DNA from: an uncultured Candidatus Micrarchaeota archaeon
Lineage (GTDB): Archaea; Micrarchaeota; Micrarchaeia; Anstonellales; Bilamarchaeaceae
Direction of reading: 5' to 3'
Assembly (NCBI GenBank): GCA_963714085.1
Contig: OY970229.1
Location: 546,595-610,594, forward strand
Length of the DNA: 64,000 nucleotides
The notes under the pieces are model-generated. The model was not told where the DNA came from, searched no databases, and saw nothing but the letters and a program-made list of their open reading frames with translations. The translations under genes and the position numbers were made by a program. Position 1 is the stretch's first letter; each line of letters opens with the position of its first letter. This document shows positions 46,885 through 56,036 of this stretch, one piece after another.

Positions 46885-47991
46885 TCAGGCCACCTCCTTC
46901 TCGGCTGCGATGAGCTTCTCCACGTGCCAGAGCAGGAGCACCGCGTCTATGCCCCAGGTGGCGAACATGTCCCCCACCAGGCCCGCCAGCGCGACGGCGG
47001 ATATCTCGTAGTAGGTGGGTATGTTGGTGAGTATGGCGAGCACGAACAGGGCGATGAACGCCACGATGGCCGTGAGGGACATCGTCAGCCCGGTCTTCAT
47101 GGCTCCGTAGGCCTTCTCCCTCGGGTCGCCCTTCCGCTTGAGTATGCGCATGGTGAGGAGCACATCGGTGTCCAGTGAGAAACCTATGAGCATGAGCAGC
47201 GCCGCGAACGAGGGCAGCGTGAACTGTATGCCGAAAAGGCCCATGGCGCCCATGGCTATCGTCACGTCGCTGAACGCCCCGCAGAGCACCGCAGCCGCAG
47301 GGAACGGATCCCTGAAGAAGACGAACACGAAGACGATTGAAAGCAGCGCGGAGGCGACGACGACGGAGAGCGCCTGGCCGATGAACTCGGTGCTCAGCGT
47401 CGGGCTCACGGTCTGGACCGACATGGAGTCGTACTGCAGGTACTTGTCTATGGGTCCGGATATGGACGCCTCGTAGTCGTCGTATACCTTGTTGTAGGCG
47501 CTCGTGAACGCCTTCTGCTCCTCTATCGTGCCCGTTATGTTGAAGTCTGAGCGGGACATCCCGGCCAGCGCGAACAGCTGGTCGCTGATGTTCTTCAGCT
47601 TGGCGTCGTCGGCAAGGTACTGGGTCGTGTTGGAGCTGTTCTGGAGGCTCTGTACCTCGAGGAAAGAGACCTCCGGGACCAATGAATTGAAATCGGACTT
47701 GAGCTTGTCGGCTTCCACCAGCTTGGGGCTCTGGGGCACCTCGATCTCGGCCTGGTAGCCGGAGGTGGTCTGCAGGACGTCGACGCTGGCCTCGAGGCCC
47801 TCTGAGCCCAGCTCGTTCTTGAGCTGCGCAGCATCGACCGCCCCTTTCAGGTTCAGCGTGACCATGGTGCCGCCCTGGAAGTCGACGCCCATCTGTATGT
47901 GGGGTATGAAATAGAACGATACGAGTATCATAAGGAGCGGCGGGATGCACAGGAGCCTGTAGTCTCCCTTGAAGATGTTAGGAAAATCCAT
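46885..47991 (-). CDS. secF: Protein translocase subunit SecF
   Basis: GVDFQGG, FR.P.P, AALLMLIGFSLDTD.LLT, TGLTM. Confidence 0.93.
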   Translation of the reverse strand: MDFPNIFKGDYRLLCIPPLLMILVSFYFIPHIQMGVDFQGGTMVTLNLKGAVDAAQLKNELGSEGLEASVDVLQTTSGYQAEIEVPQSPKLVEADKLKSDFNSLVPEVSFLEVQSLQNSSNTTQYLADDAKLKNISDQLFALAGMSRSDFNITGTIEEQKAFTSAYNKVYDDYEASISGPIDKYLQYDSMSVQTVSPTLSTEFIGQALSVVVASALLSIVFVFVFFRDPFPAAAVLCGAFSDVTIAMGAMGLFGIQFTLPSFAALLMLIGFSLDTDVLLTMRILKRKGDPREKAYGAMKTGLTMSLTAIVAFIALFVLAILTNIPTYYEISAVALAGLVGDMFATWGIDAVLLLWHVEKLIAAEKEVA

Positions 47992-48044
47992 GTTTTATCG
48001 CTCTCCCGTATCTGCCAACATTTGCATAGTAATATTAATAATAA

Positions 48045-48155
48045 TGGACTTGGGGGGACTCGCACCCCCGGCCTCTCCGAATTCCGGCCTCCTGGCCCGC
48101 GTTTCGAGCCACGGATACCTGCGAACGGAGCGCTCTGCTGCTGAGCTACAAGCCC
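48045..48155 (-). tRNA. tRNA-Ala(CGC) with a 39-nt canonical 37/38 intron
   Basis: GGGCTTG/CAAGTCC acceptor with G3:U70; CTCCG/CGGAG anticodon stem; intron 48081-48119 forms a BHB. Confidence 0.9.
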
Positions 48156-48361
48156 GACTGGAAGTCATAAGAGTAGCGGATTATTTCAAGGATGATTTTT
48201 TAACCAATACTATTTAATATTGTACCCCACAACTATATACATAGGGAAACTTAATATGCGGGGCTGGAAGACACATAAATCCAGTAATGCAAACATTTAA
48301 ATATACTTCCCACTAGAATATAGTTATATCAACAAAATAATCGATAGAGGGTGAAATAACC

Positions 48362-49234
48362 ATGGGAGAAGAAAAAACGGCAGCGGGAAAACCAGATGCG
48401 AGGACGCACTTCAAGACGAGGATGGCAGAACTGAAGACCGCGTTAAAAGAAGTGAGTGGGGTGCTCAGTGCTGATAAAGGCGTAACGACGGGAGCCACTG
48501 ACCGGGGACTGGCCGCCATTCATAACGCGGTTGTCGCAATCGAGGGCATAATGAAAGAGGATGACGAAAGAACTACTACTCGAGATAACAGGGTTGAGGA
48601 AGTTGCCAAGACTGCCGGCCAAGCAGGTATAAAGGCTGGTAACGCCGAACGTGTTTCGGGAGAGGCAACAACTGCAGTGGACGGACTAGAGAAGAGGGTC
48701 AAGGCGACCGAAGGTGCAAACGCGGACATGAATGGCAGACTAGGCGAAATCGAGAAGGGATGGCCGGTCCTGTCCGACTTGATACAGCAGGTCCAAAAAG
48801 CGATACATTTCGTAGAGACCTACGGCGAAGTGCTCGGAGAGGGCGCGCTGAACATACAGGTTTCCACTGCGCTCGCAAGCGGTGATTACTCCGATGTCCT
48901 GGACTCTCACGAGCCGGGTCAGATCCGGAAAGCGATCGATAGAATAGCCGCTGACCCAGAATCCGATGTCTGGGGCACTGCAGTGGAGATGAGCACGGAG
49001 GACAGCCCGGCCGCGAATGCATTCGCAAAGTCAGTCGCAACATGGCTGGCAGGGTACGCTGATACCAAAGACGAGCACTTCGACGGTGCGTGCCGCAAAG
49101 CGGTAGAGTGCGTCGTAAATCCGAATATCCTGGCAGTGGCGCTCAAGGATCTTGCCGCTTCGGGTGGCGAAGTAGGAGATGCGGCGCAGAAAACGATGGA
49201 TAGGGCGTTCAAGGCGAGTGAAGAGGAGTCTTAG
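48362..49234 (+). CDS. Orphan: coiled coil plus helical C-domain (gene 1 of orphan operon)
   Basis: TTTAAATATA box near 48296 and GGTGA upstream; heptad-like region VDGLEKRVKATE...LGEIE. Confidence 0.78.
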   Translation: MGEEKTAAGKPDARTHFKTRMAELKTALKEVSGVLSADKGVTTGATDRGLAAIHNAVVAIEGIMKEDDERTTTRDNRVEEVAKTAGQAGIKAGNAERVSGEATTAVDGLEKRVKATEGANADMNGRLGEIEKGWPVLSDLIQQVQKAIHFVETYGEVLGEGALNIQVSTALASGDYSDVLDSHEPGQIRKAIDRIAADPESDVWGTAVEMSTEDSPAANAFAKSVATWLAGYADTKDEHFDGACRKAVECVVNPNILAVALKDLAASGGEVGDAAQKTMDRAFKASEEES

Positions 49235-49246
49235 AGGGTGATTTTT

Positions 49247-50575
49247 ATGAAGCAAGACATACCAGGACGAAGGAAATTCGGAGCGGATTCGGCTAAGAAG
49301 CCGGAAGATAAAAAGCCAGTTTTTGCCAGAGGGGGCCAACCTCCTGCGGTGGAAACAGAGAGCAAACCTGCTGCGGCGGAAGCTGCGCCAATCCCGATTG
49401 GACGTGGCGCTGCGGCTGGACCTGTTGTGAAACCGCCGGCCTTGACCATCGCACGAACTCCTGCAGAGACTACGGCGAAACCGAAGAAGAATGCTCCTGC
49501 TGATTCCAATACGCCTCGCGAGAGCCAGGTTGCTACTGTCGTTCCGGGAGATACCCAGGAGGATGAGCCCTCACTCGCCACTGCATGGGATGACGAAGGC
49601 CTTCCAGCACCCGTAGGACATGACGATGGAGCGGTCATCATTGCAGATATGGCTGCGCATCCGCCGGGAGCGGCCCGACCGCCTCAGACTACCCAAGAAG
49701 TTGATGATGGGGACTTACTTAGGTCCGTTGAAGATGGACCAACACCCGGACCGGAACCGGCAGACATAGGTGGCGATCCAGTCCAAGATGGCAGAACGAT
49801 ACAAGATAAGAGGATTGAACCAGAGGATGATATCCTTTCTTCAGCAGACGTGGGCGTAGTGGATGATGAACTTGGAAAGCGAGGACCAGCACCTGAAGCT
49901 GGTGGAGCAGCGTCCGGACCGAAAGTAGATGGATCTGGTCCTAAGGCCAAGGGACCCTCGGATGAACATGAGAAGCCGCACAGATGGATAATCGCCATAG
50001 GGGCGTTGCTATTCACTGGCGGAGTTCTTATCGGGCACTACACGAAAAGGGAAAAGATAGTCCGTGTCCCTGCTAACTGCGACACTTGCCCGGCGAAGCA
50101 GGTGCCTGCTCCGAAAGCGGAGGTCGTAGAGCTGCCGAAGGCCGAAGCACCGGCTGTCGCGGCTGTTGAACCTGCGCCGGTCGTCGAGACTGTCACGGTT
50201 GGCAAGAAGGGGAAGCAGCATGCGGCTCCGAAAACAGATGGAGCAAAGAAGAGTACCGGCGGGTGCTCCTCCCTCAAAGACGCGGATGGGGCTGCGACCG
50301 CGGGCCAGGTGCCGACAGATATCTGGCGGGCGGCCCGGATCGGAGTGGACACTCTGCAAGGACAGCTCACAGGCACTGTGCAAGTCACATACCTGCTCTG
50401 CCCGAATCCAAATGGAGAGAAGGGCGTAACCGCGCACCTTATTGGCGTTAAAGGAGCCGGCCCACTTACCACACAGGTCGAAGCCAACGTGAGGTCCCAG
50501 TTCGATGGTTTGAAGGGAAACGACTCCGGGATTTCCACGGTGAAAGTAGTCAGGGAAGACGTTCCGCATGAATGA
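49247..50575 (+). CDS. Orphan single-pass protein: disordered acidic/Pro N-region, TM helix, Pro/Ala linker, TonB-C/AgmX-like C-domain (gene 2)
   Basis: TM WIIAIGALLFTGGVLIG; CDTCP; C-domain paralogous to 52578..53357; ATG 49247 follows GGTGA. Confidence 0.78.
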   Translation: MKQDIPGRRKFGADSAKKPEDKKPVFARGGQPPAVETESKPAAAEAAPIPIGRGAAAGPVVKPPALTIARTPAETTAKPKKNAPADSNTPRESQVATVVPGDTQEDEPSLATAWDDEGLPAPVGHDDGAVIIADMAAHPPGAARPPQTTQEVDDGDLLRSVEDGPTPGPEPADIGGDPVQDGRTIQDKRIEPEDDILSSADVGVVDDELGKRGPAPEAGGAASGPKVDGSGPKAKGPSDEHEKPHRWIIAIGALLFTGGVLIGHYTKREKIVRVPANCDTCPAKQVPAPKAEVVELPKAEAPAVAAVEPAPVVETVTVGKKGKQHAAPKTDGAKKSTGGCSSLKDADGAATAGQVPTDIWRAARIGVDTLQGQLTGTVQVTYLLCPNPNGEKGVTAHLIGVKGAGPLTTQVEANVRSQFDGLKGNDSGISTVKVVREDVPHE

Positions 50576-50596
50576 AGGGAACCGAGCGGTGCGAAG

Positions 50597-51262
50597 ATGC
50601 CAGAAAAATCCCCGGGCCCGATGACGCAATTCAGGGAAGCGTTAAGGGCTGGCGCCAAAGGACCCGCCGCAAGGGCGGTTGCAGCCAGACCGGGACAGGC
50701 ACCGCCTTTCGCGCGCAAGAAACCAGCAGAGGAGCAGGCTGGAGCGAACCCGGACGCCGGGCAGATTGCTGGCGGGCCGGTGAAGCAGCCGGCTGGAGCG
50801 AAGGAGCCTTCACCAGACGAGAGAATCGCAGCGCTCGAGAGGGAGCTTGACACGTACCGGGAAGTTCTCGACGCTCTGGCCGGAGAGGTCGAGCGCATGC
50901 AGACCGTGCATCGCGCCGGGCACAGGTTCGAACGGATGGCTACCAGGATAACCGATCAGATAACTGCGGAATTCGATCTTGATGCCAGGGTCACCGGGGT
51001 CGACGCGGGTGCCATGAAGCGCATGCACAGGAGAAACGTCGGCATATTCGACTTCGTTAGGTCGTTGCTTACGAAATTAGGAGACGAGCTGGCTAGAGAA
51101 CAGGCTAGAACGGATTCCAGGATAGAGGCGATGCAAAAGGCAATCGGCTCCATCCAACATGACGTGCAGCGTATGCAGACGGCTCTGGCCGTGAAATCCG
51201 TAGCCGGGCAACCTGAACAAACCCAGAAATCCTGGTGGCCCTGGCCCAGGAAACCCAAGTGA
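50597..51262 (+). CDS. Orphan coiled-coil protein ending WWPWPRKPK (gene 3)
   Basis: RIAALERELDTYREVLDALAGEVERM and RIEAMQKAIGSIQHDVQRM heptads. Confidence 0.75.
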   Translation: MPEKSPGPMTQFREALRAGAKGPAARAVAARPGQAPPFARKKPAEEQAGANPDAGQIAGGPVKQPAGAKEPSPDERIAALERELDTYREVLDALAGEVERMQTVHRAGHRFERMATRITDQITAEFDLDARVTGVDAGAMKRMHRRNVGIFDFVRSLLTKLGDELAREQARTDSRIEAMQKAIGSIQHDVQRMQTALAVKSVAGQPEQTQKSWWPWPRKPK

Positions 51263-51267
51263 TAAGA

Positions 51268-52581
51268 ATGGCAGAAACCAGACCACCGGCTGATATCGAG
51301 AAGCTGCGGGCGCAGCTGAGACATGCACGCGGGATCGCGCGTGGCCCAGCGTCAGCGGTGAGTAGTTTCCACGCCACCGATGACAGAGTAAAGGATCCGG
51401 CCGTTTCCAAAAAATCGGACGCCGCGGTTCCACAAAAACCGGCTCCCCCGGGTTCTTCCATTTCCCCGTATGGGCCAACCCAATACGTCGAGCCTGCGAA
51501 AGGCCCGCGCCCTCCGCAAGCAGCGGCCAAGAGCGCCGCGACAGCGGTACCGGCCGGCGCAAATGAGAACCCTGTCGACCTCGACCCAGTAACGGACATA
51601 GGATTCAAATTTTTCGGCATGAGGGTGAGCGACCTGCGGGGAGTGATAGGCAGGAACAAAGCCGAGATAAGGAAAAGATTCCCCGCGGTGCCGAAGGTGA
51701 AGGTAACGCTCATGCTCAAAGAGGGCGTGTATTCAGTCGTGAAGTACGACCCGCCCGAGCTCAAGCCCGTACTCCATGACAAATTCGATGCGGTGCTCAA
51801 GGAGATGGCCAGGGATACAAGAGAACACAAGCGGACCTACCGCTGCACTTTCGATTATACGCTCCAGGACGCGTTCTCCATGACCCCGGTTCAGCAGCCA
51901 CGCGCCAACCCACGCGCAACTGTCGAGCTTCTTGGGCCGGACGGGGCGGCGTTCGCTGCCGCTGGTGCGCCGCCCGAGCTTATGGACACGTGCAATTACC
52001 ATCTCCTGCCCGGCCCAGCAGGATATCTGTTCATGCTGCCCGACAAGGACCCGACGAAGAATAGGAAGGTGTACTACGAAGTGAAACTGGCGAAGAAGGA
52101 CGATTTCCAGCATCTGTTCGCGGTGTCCAAAGTCATTGACGGCAAGAGGACCCAGATGCAGAGCATAGCTCTCGACATGACCAGCGAGAATGAGCGCTTC
52201 GGATTCCCTGACGAGGGCATAGAGATAAGCTTCTCAGAGTTCAAAGGCGGCGAGAAGGCCATGATGGTGGACCGCCTCAACATCGCCCGGGAGGCAGAAC
52301 CTGCAGCCACGCATTCCAAGGACGAGAGGGCATTTGTTGGCCTGTTCGGGCTGACCGGTGTGGCAGGGTTGATCGCGCTTCCAGAGATCGTCGGCTTCCT
52401 TAATAAGCTCGCCAGCTTGACGGACCTGAATTATACCGGTTCGGTTCCGGAATCCTTGACAATAGGCTCCCATACTATTCCAATAAGGCAGGTGCTTGCA
52501 GTATCCGCAATGACGTGGCTAGGCGTAGTCGCAGGGGTCAGCAAGCTCTGTTCCAGGAAGAAAAAAGGTGATACCAAATGA
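51268..52581 (+). CDS. Orphan multidomain protein with AgmX/TonB-C-like segment and two C-terminal hydrophobic helices (gene 4)
   Basis: LRGVIGRNKAEIRKRFP...VKVTLML..G...V...CTFDYTL; TMs AFVGLFGLTGVAGLIAL and VLAVSAMTWLGVVAGV. Confidence 0.75.
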   Translation: MAETRPPADIEKLRAQLRHARGIARGPASAVSSFHATDDRVKDPAVSKKSDAAVPQKPAPPGSSISPYGPTQYVEPAKGPRPPQAAAKSAATAVPAGANENPVDLDPVTDIGFKFFGMRVSDLRGVIGRNKAEIRKRFPAVPKVKVTLMLKEGVYSVVKYDPPELKPVLHDKFDAVLKEMARDTREHKRTYRCTFDYTLQDAFSMTPVQQPRANPRATVELLGPDGAAFAAAGAPPELMDTCNYHLLPGPAGYLFMLPDKDPTKNRKVYYEVKLAKKDDFQHLFAVSKVIDGKRTQMQSIALDMTSENERFGFPDEGIEISFSEFKGGEKAMMVDRLNIAREAEPAATHSKDERAFVGLFGLTGVAGLIALPEIVGFLNKLASLTDLNYTGSVPESLTIGSHTIPIRQVLAVSAMTWLGVVAGVSKLCSRKKKGDTK

Positions 52582-53357
52582 CCGGCCCAATGATCAGAAT
52601 GAAACCCCAGAACAATGGCAGAGACGACAGGAAGTGGTACCAGAGGCCGTACATGGGAGTCGCAGCTGGGACCGTCGCGATCGCCGCGCTTGCCTTGACA
52701 TTAGATCACTGCAGCACTAAACCCAAGCCTCCGGAGCCACCCACGTGCCCGGAGTCCAAGCCTGCGGTGTGCGAGGATTGCTGCCCGCCAGGCCACAGGA
52801 AAGTAGTCTCGAAGGAGCAATTCGGAATCAATATAAAATGCATCGACCCCCTCACCGAGCCCAGATGCCCGGACGGGAAATGCAATGGCAAGGAGACGCC
52901 GGAGACCTGCCCCCAGGACTGCAAGCCGCAGCGCGAGAAGTCTAAGGCTGCGGTTCGCGCACAGCCGGAACCGGTAGAGATACCGGAACCCGAGGCGCCT
53001 AAAGAACCCGATTGCACCGAAGAGGGCGCCAAGCGCATAACCGCGGGCGAAGCGCCAGAAGCGTTCAGGAGGACGGTGAGGAAGGTCGTGGAGAACCACA
53101 GCGCCGCGCTTGTGGGCGATACCGCAGAGGTCACAGTCCTGGTCTGCCCGAAGAATGGTGGGGGGAAGGGCGTATACGCCCAGTTCGTCAAGGTGAACGT
53201 ACGCGATGCCAATGGCGATGCGGCTGGAGCCGGCGAGATCGAGAAGCTCACGGGCGACCTGACGGCGAAGCTCGATGGCAAGGAGGACCCCAACCGCGGG
53301 ATCCCCCAGGTGGAGATCTTCACGCAAGCCATTCAGGTAAAACAGCAGAGCGAGTGA
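52578..53357 (+). CDS. Orphan single-pass protein: TM, Cys-rich/Pro-Glu linker, TonB-C/AgmX-like C-domain (gene 5)
   Basis: ATGA overlap with gene 4; CPDGKCNGKETPETCPQDC motif; QPEPVEIPEPEAPKEP linker. Confidence 0.8.
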   Translation: MTGPMIRMKPQNNGRDDRKWYQRPYMGVAAGTVAIAALALTLDHCSTKPKPPEPPTCPESKPAVCEDCCPPGHRKVVSKEQFGINIKCIDPLTEPRCPDGKCNGKETPETCPQDCKPQREKSKAAVRAQPEPVEIPEPEAPKEPDCTEEGAKRITAGEAPEAFRRTVRKVVENHSAALVGDTAEVTVLVCPKNGGGKGVYAQFVKVNVRDANGDAAGAGEIEKLTGDLTAKLDGKEDPNRGIPQVEIFTQAIQVKQQSE

Positions 53358-53461
53358 GCGGCCGGGCGCCTCGCAGGCCATCATTTAAACATCTTTTTTT
53401 CCTTATTATCAGCATGGCCAAGCCCCTAAGCTCTATAGTTAAATACTCTTTCTAGCACCAT

Positions 53462-54238
53462 ATGCAGGAGATTCATATGCTTAAAAAAAAGCTTCACGGC
53501 CCGAAACACGAAACGGCGCACACGCTGCACGCACAGACAAGAAAACCGCTGGTAGACACTAAAACTGGTTGCGTGCCAAAGCACATCCTTTTCGACGTCG
53601 ACGATACGCTGTTCCCCACGAGCGAGTTCGCCGAGCTCGCGCGCCGTAACGCCATCAGGGCTATGATAGAATTGGGCATGCAAAGGAGCGAAAGGGAGCT
53701 CCATACCATGCTGATGGCCATAATCGCGGAGAAGGGCTCCAATTACCCGAACCATTTCGGTCTGCTCTGCTCCAGGCTGAAAGAGAAGAGGCCCGCCAGG
53801 TACGTCGCAGCCGCGGTGGGCGCGTACCACGACACCAAGACGTCCATCCAGCCCTATCCGGCGGTGCCCCGGACACTGCTGGCGCTCAGTGAGGAAGGCC
53901 ACAAGATATACGTGGCTACCAACGGGGGGGCGACCAAGCAGTGGGACAAGCTCATACGGCTCAAGATAGCGCTGTTCTTCGAGGACGTATTTGTATCCGA
54001 GGAGCTGGGCGAGGAGAAGAGCCCATCCTTCTTCAGGAGAGTGGTCAGGAGGCTCGGGGTCGAGCCGAGGGACTGCGTCATGGTTGGCGACAGGGAGGAT
54101 GCCGACATATCCCCTGCCAAGGCGATAGGCATGCACACCATAAGGATGCGGACCGGCAAGCGCGCGGCAATCCCAACTTCTGCGGAGTTCCAGACAAAGG
54201 ACTTCGGTGACATCCCGAAGATCGTGAACCGGCTGTGA
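53462..54238 (+). CDS. HAD-superfamily hydrolase (paralog of 25156..25824)
   Basis: FDVDDTL, ATNG..KQW.KL.RL, MVGDR...DI.PAK; real start may be GTG 53573. Confidence 0.9.
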   Translation: MQEIHMLKKKLHGPKHETAHTLHAQTRKPLVDTKTGCVPKHILFDVDDTLFPTSEFAELARRNAIRAMIELGMQRSERELHTMLMAIIAEKGSNYPNHFGLLCSRLKEKRPARYVAAAVGAYHDTKTSIQPYPAVPRTLLALSEEGHKIYVATNGGATKQWDKLIRLKIALFFEDVFVSEELGEEKSPSFFRRVVRRLGVEPRDCVMVGDREDADISPAKAIGMHTIRMRTGKRAAIPTSAEFQTKDFGDIPKIVNRL

Positions 54239-54290
54239 GCGTCACATACCATTTAAAAGATTAAGAGCCAAAGCCCATCAAGGTGTTCCC

Positions 54291-55148
54291 GTGTCCAGAA
54301 ACGTGACAATCGCGCTGCTCGGTTCTTTGGCTCTGTTCATCATGCTCTCAGGCTGCCTCGGAGGCGGCGTGAGCTGCTCGGGCAACGCGCAGTGCGCGCA
54401 ATGGCAATACTGCAACCAGACCGCCAAGGTATGCGAGACAGGGACGGGCTATTGCGCGTCGGACCTGGATTGCAACGCCACGCTCATGCAGTGCGACCTC
54501 AACATCACGCACACCTGCGTCTTCAAGGAGGGGAAATGCCTCACGAACATGAACTGCCAGAAGTGGCAGGTCTGCGCATCAGACCAGAACTGCGAGCCCG
54601 CGCCAGGGTACTGCAGTGACAACACCCAGTGCGACCAGACCATGCAGTACTGCAATCCTGCGAACCACCTCTGCTCCCCGAAACCTGGCTTCTGCAACAA
54701 GGACACCGACTGCAACGCGTGGGAGAAGTGCGATGTCACGAGCAAGAAGTGCGAGCTTATCCCCGGACACTGCAATGTCGACACCGACTGCCAGAGCTGG
54801 CAGGCCTGCAACGCGAAGACCTACGTGTGCCAGGCGAAGCAGGGCTTCTGCGGCAACGATGCGGACTGCCCGATCTGGGCCAGGTGCGACATGACCTCCC
54901 AGAAATGCACGGCTAGGCAGGGATACTGCAATGCGGACAACAATTGCAACTGGTGGGAATACTGCGACCCGAGCAGCCACGTGTGCCACGCCAGCAGGGA
55001 TTACTGCAGCACGGACAACGATTGCTCGACCTGGGAGGAATGCCAGGGCTCGACCCACCAGTGCATCGCAAGGCTGGGCTACTGCGACGCGGACACCGAC
55101 TGCGCGTCTGGCCAGGTCTGCAACGAGGCCACCCATTACTGCCAGTAG
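54291..55148 (+). CDS. Lipoprotein of ten ~26-aa four-Cys repeats
   Basis: Lipobox LSGC; unit G[YF]Cxx[DN]xDCxxWxxC[DN]xx[TS]xxC. Confidence 0.88.
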   Translation: MSRNVTIALLGSLALFIMLSGCLGGGVSCSGNAQCAQWQYCNQTAKVCETGTGYCASDLDCNATLMQCDLNITHTCVFKEGKCLTNMNCQKWQVCASDQNCEPAPGYCSDNTQCDQTMQYCNPANHLCSPKPGFCNKDTDCNAWEKCDVTSKKCELIPGHCNVDTDCQSWQACNAKTYVCQAKQGFCGNDADCPIWARCDMTSQKCTARQGYCNADNNCNWWEYCDPSSHVCHASRDYCSTDNDCSTWEECQGSTHQCIARLGYCDADTDCASGQVCNEATHYCQ

Positions 55149-55181
55149 CCGCTTTTTATCTTTTGCGTTCCTATTCCCCAC

Positions 55182-56036
55182 ATGGCACGCCGCGACGGCA
55201 TCAGGTTCGGGCCTGCGGGCATCCCCATAGGCTGCAGCGGGGGATCCACGCCGGAGGGCATACGCTGCTGCAAGGAGCTCGGGCTCGGAGCCATGGAGGT
55301 CGAATTCGTGCGCGGGGTCCGCATGGGCGCCAAAGCCGCTGAGGAGGCGGGAGCGGCTGCCAGGGAGCTGGATGTCAGGATATCGTCCCATGCGCCTTAT
55401 TACATCAATTTCTGCTCCGCTGAGAAGCCGAAGATCGCCAACAGCAGGAGGCACCTTTTCGAGTCCGCCAAAGCCACCCAGCTCGCGGGCGGCAGGATCA
55501 CGGTGTTCCATCCGGGCTTCTACCAGAAGCTGGCTCCTGCGGAGGCCTACGCGGTGGCGAAGAAGGAGCTCGCCTCTCTATCCGAGGAGCTCTCCGAGCA
55601 GGGGATACGGACCGTGCTCGGGGCTGAGACCGTGGGCAGGAAATCGGCGTTCGGCTCGCTCAGCGAGAACATACGCCTCGCCCAGGATGTGGAGCAGGTG
55701 GAGCCTGTGCTGGATTTCGCGCACCTGCTCGCAAGGGGCGACTTCCCCTGCAGCAGCGCGGACGACTACCGCAGGCTGCTCGCGATGGTCGAGAAGGAGC
55801 TGCCCGGCTGGCAGAAGCACATCCACTGCCATTTCTCCGAGATAAACTACGGCGACAAGGGGGAGCTGAACCACCTGCCCCTGGGCACCGGGGACGCGCC
55901 GCCTTTCAAGCCGCTGATGCAGGTGCTCGCGGAGAACGGCTATTCCGGCACGGTGATATGCGAATCGCCGAAGCTGGAGATGGACGCCCTTCTCATGCAG
56001 AAGGAATACGCGAGGCGCGCGGGGAGGGGCGGCTAG
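55182..56036 (+). CDS. nfo: Endonuclease IV (AP endonuclease family 2)
   Basis: FGPAG.P, EVEFVRGV, SHAPYYIN, FHPG, ET.GR, DFAH, HCHFS, ICESP. Confidence 0.92.
   Translation: MARRDGIRFGPAGIPIGCSGGSTPEGIRCCKELGLGAMEVEFVRGVRMGAKAAEEAGAAARELDVRISSHAPYYINFCSAEKPKIANSRRHLFESAKATQLAGGRITVFHPGFYQKLAPAEAYAVAKKELASLSEELSEQGIRTVLGAETVGRKSAFGSLSENIRLAQDVEQVEPVLDFAHLLARGDFPCSSADDYRRLLAMVEKELPGWQKHIHCHFSEINYGDKGELNHLPLGTGDAPPFKPLMQVLAENGYSGTVICESPKLEMDALLMQKEYARRAGRGG

Noticed and set aside
48156-53400. tRNA-integrated genomic island interpretation of the orphan operon
   Set aside because: The cluster lies at the 5' side of tRNA-Ala, with no integrase or att repeat seen.
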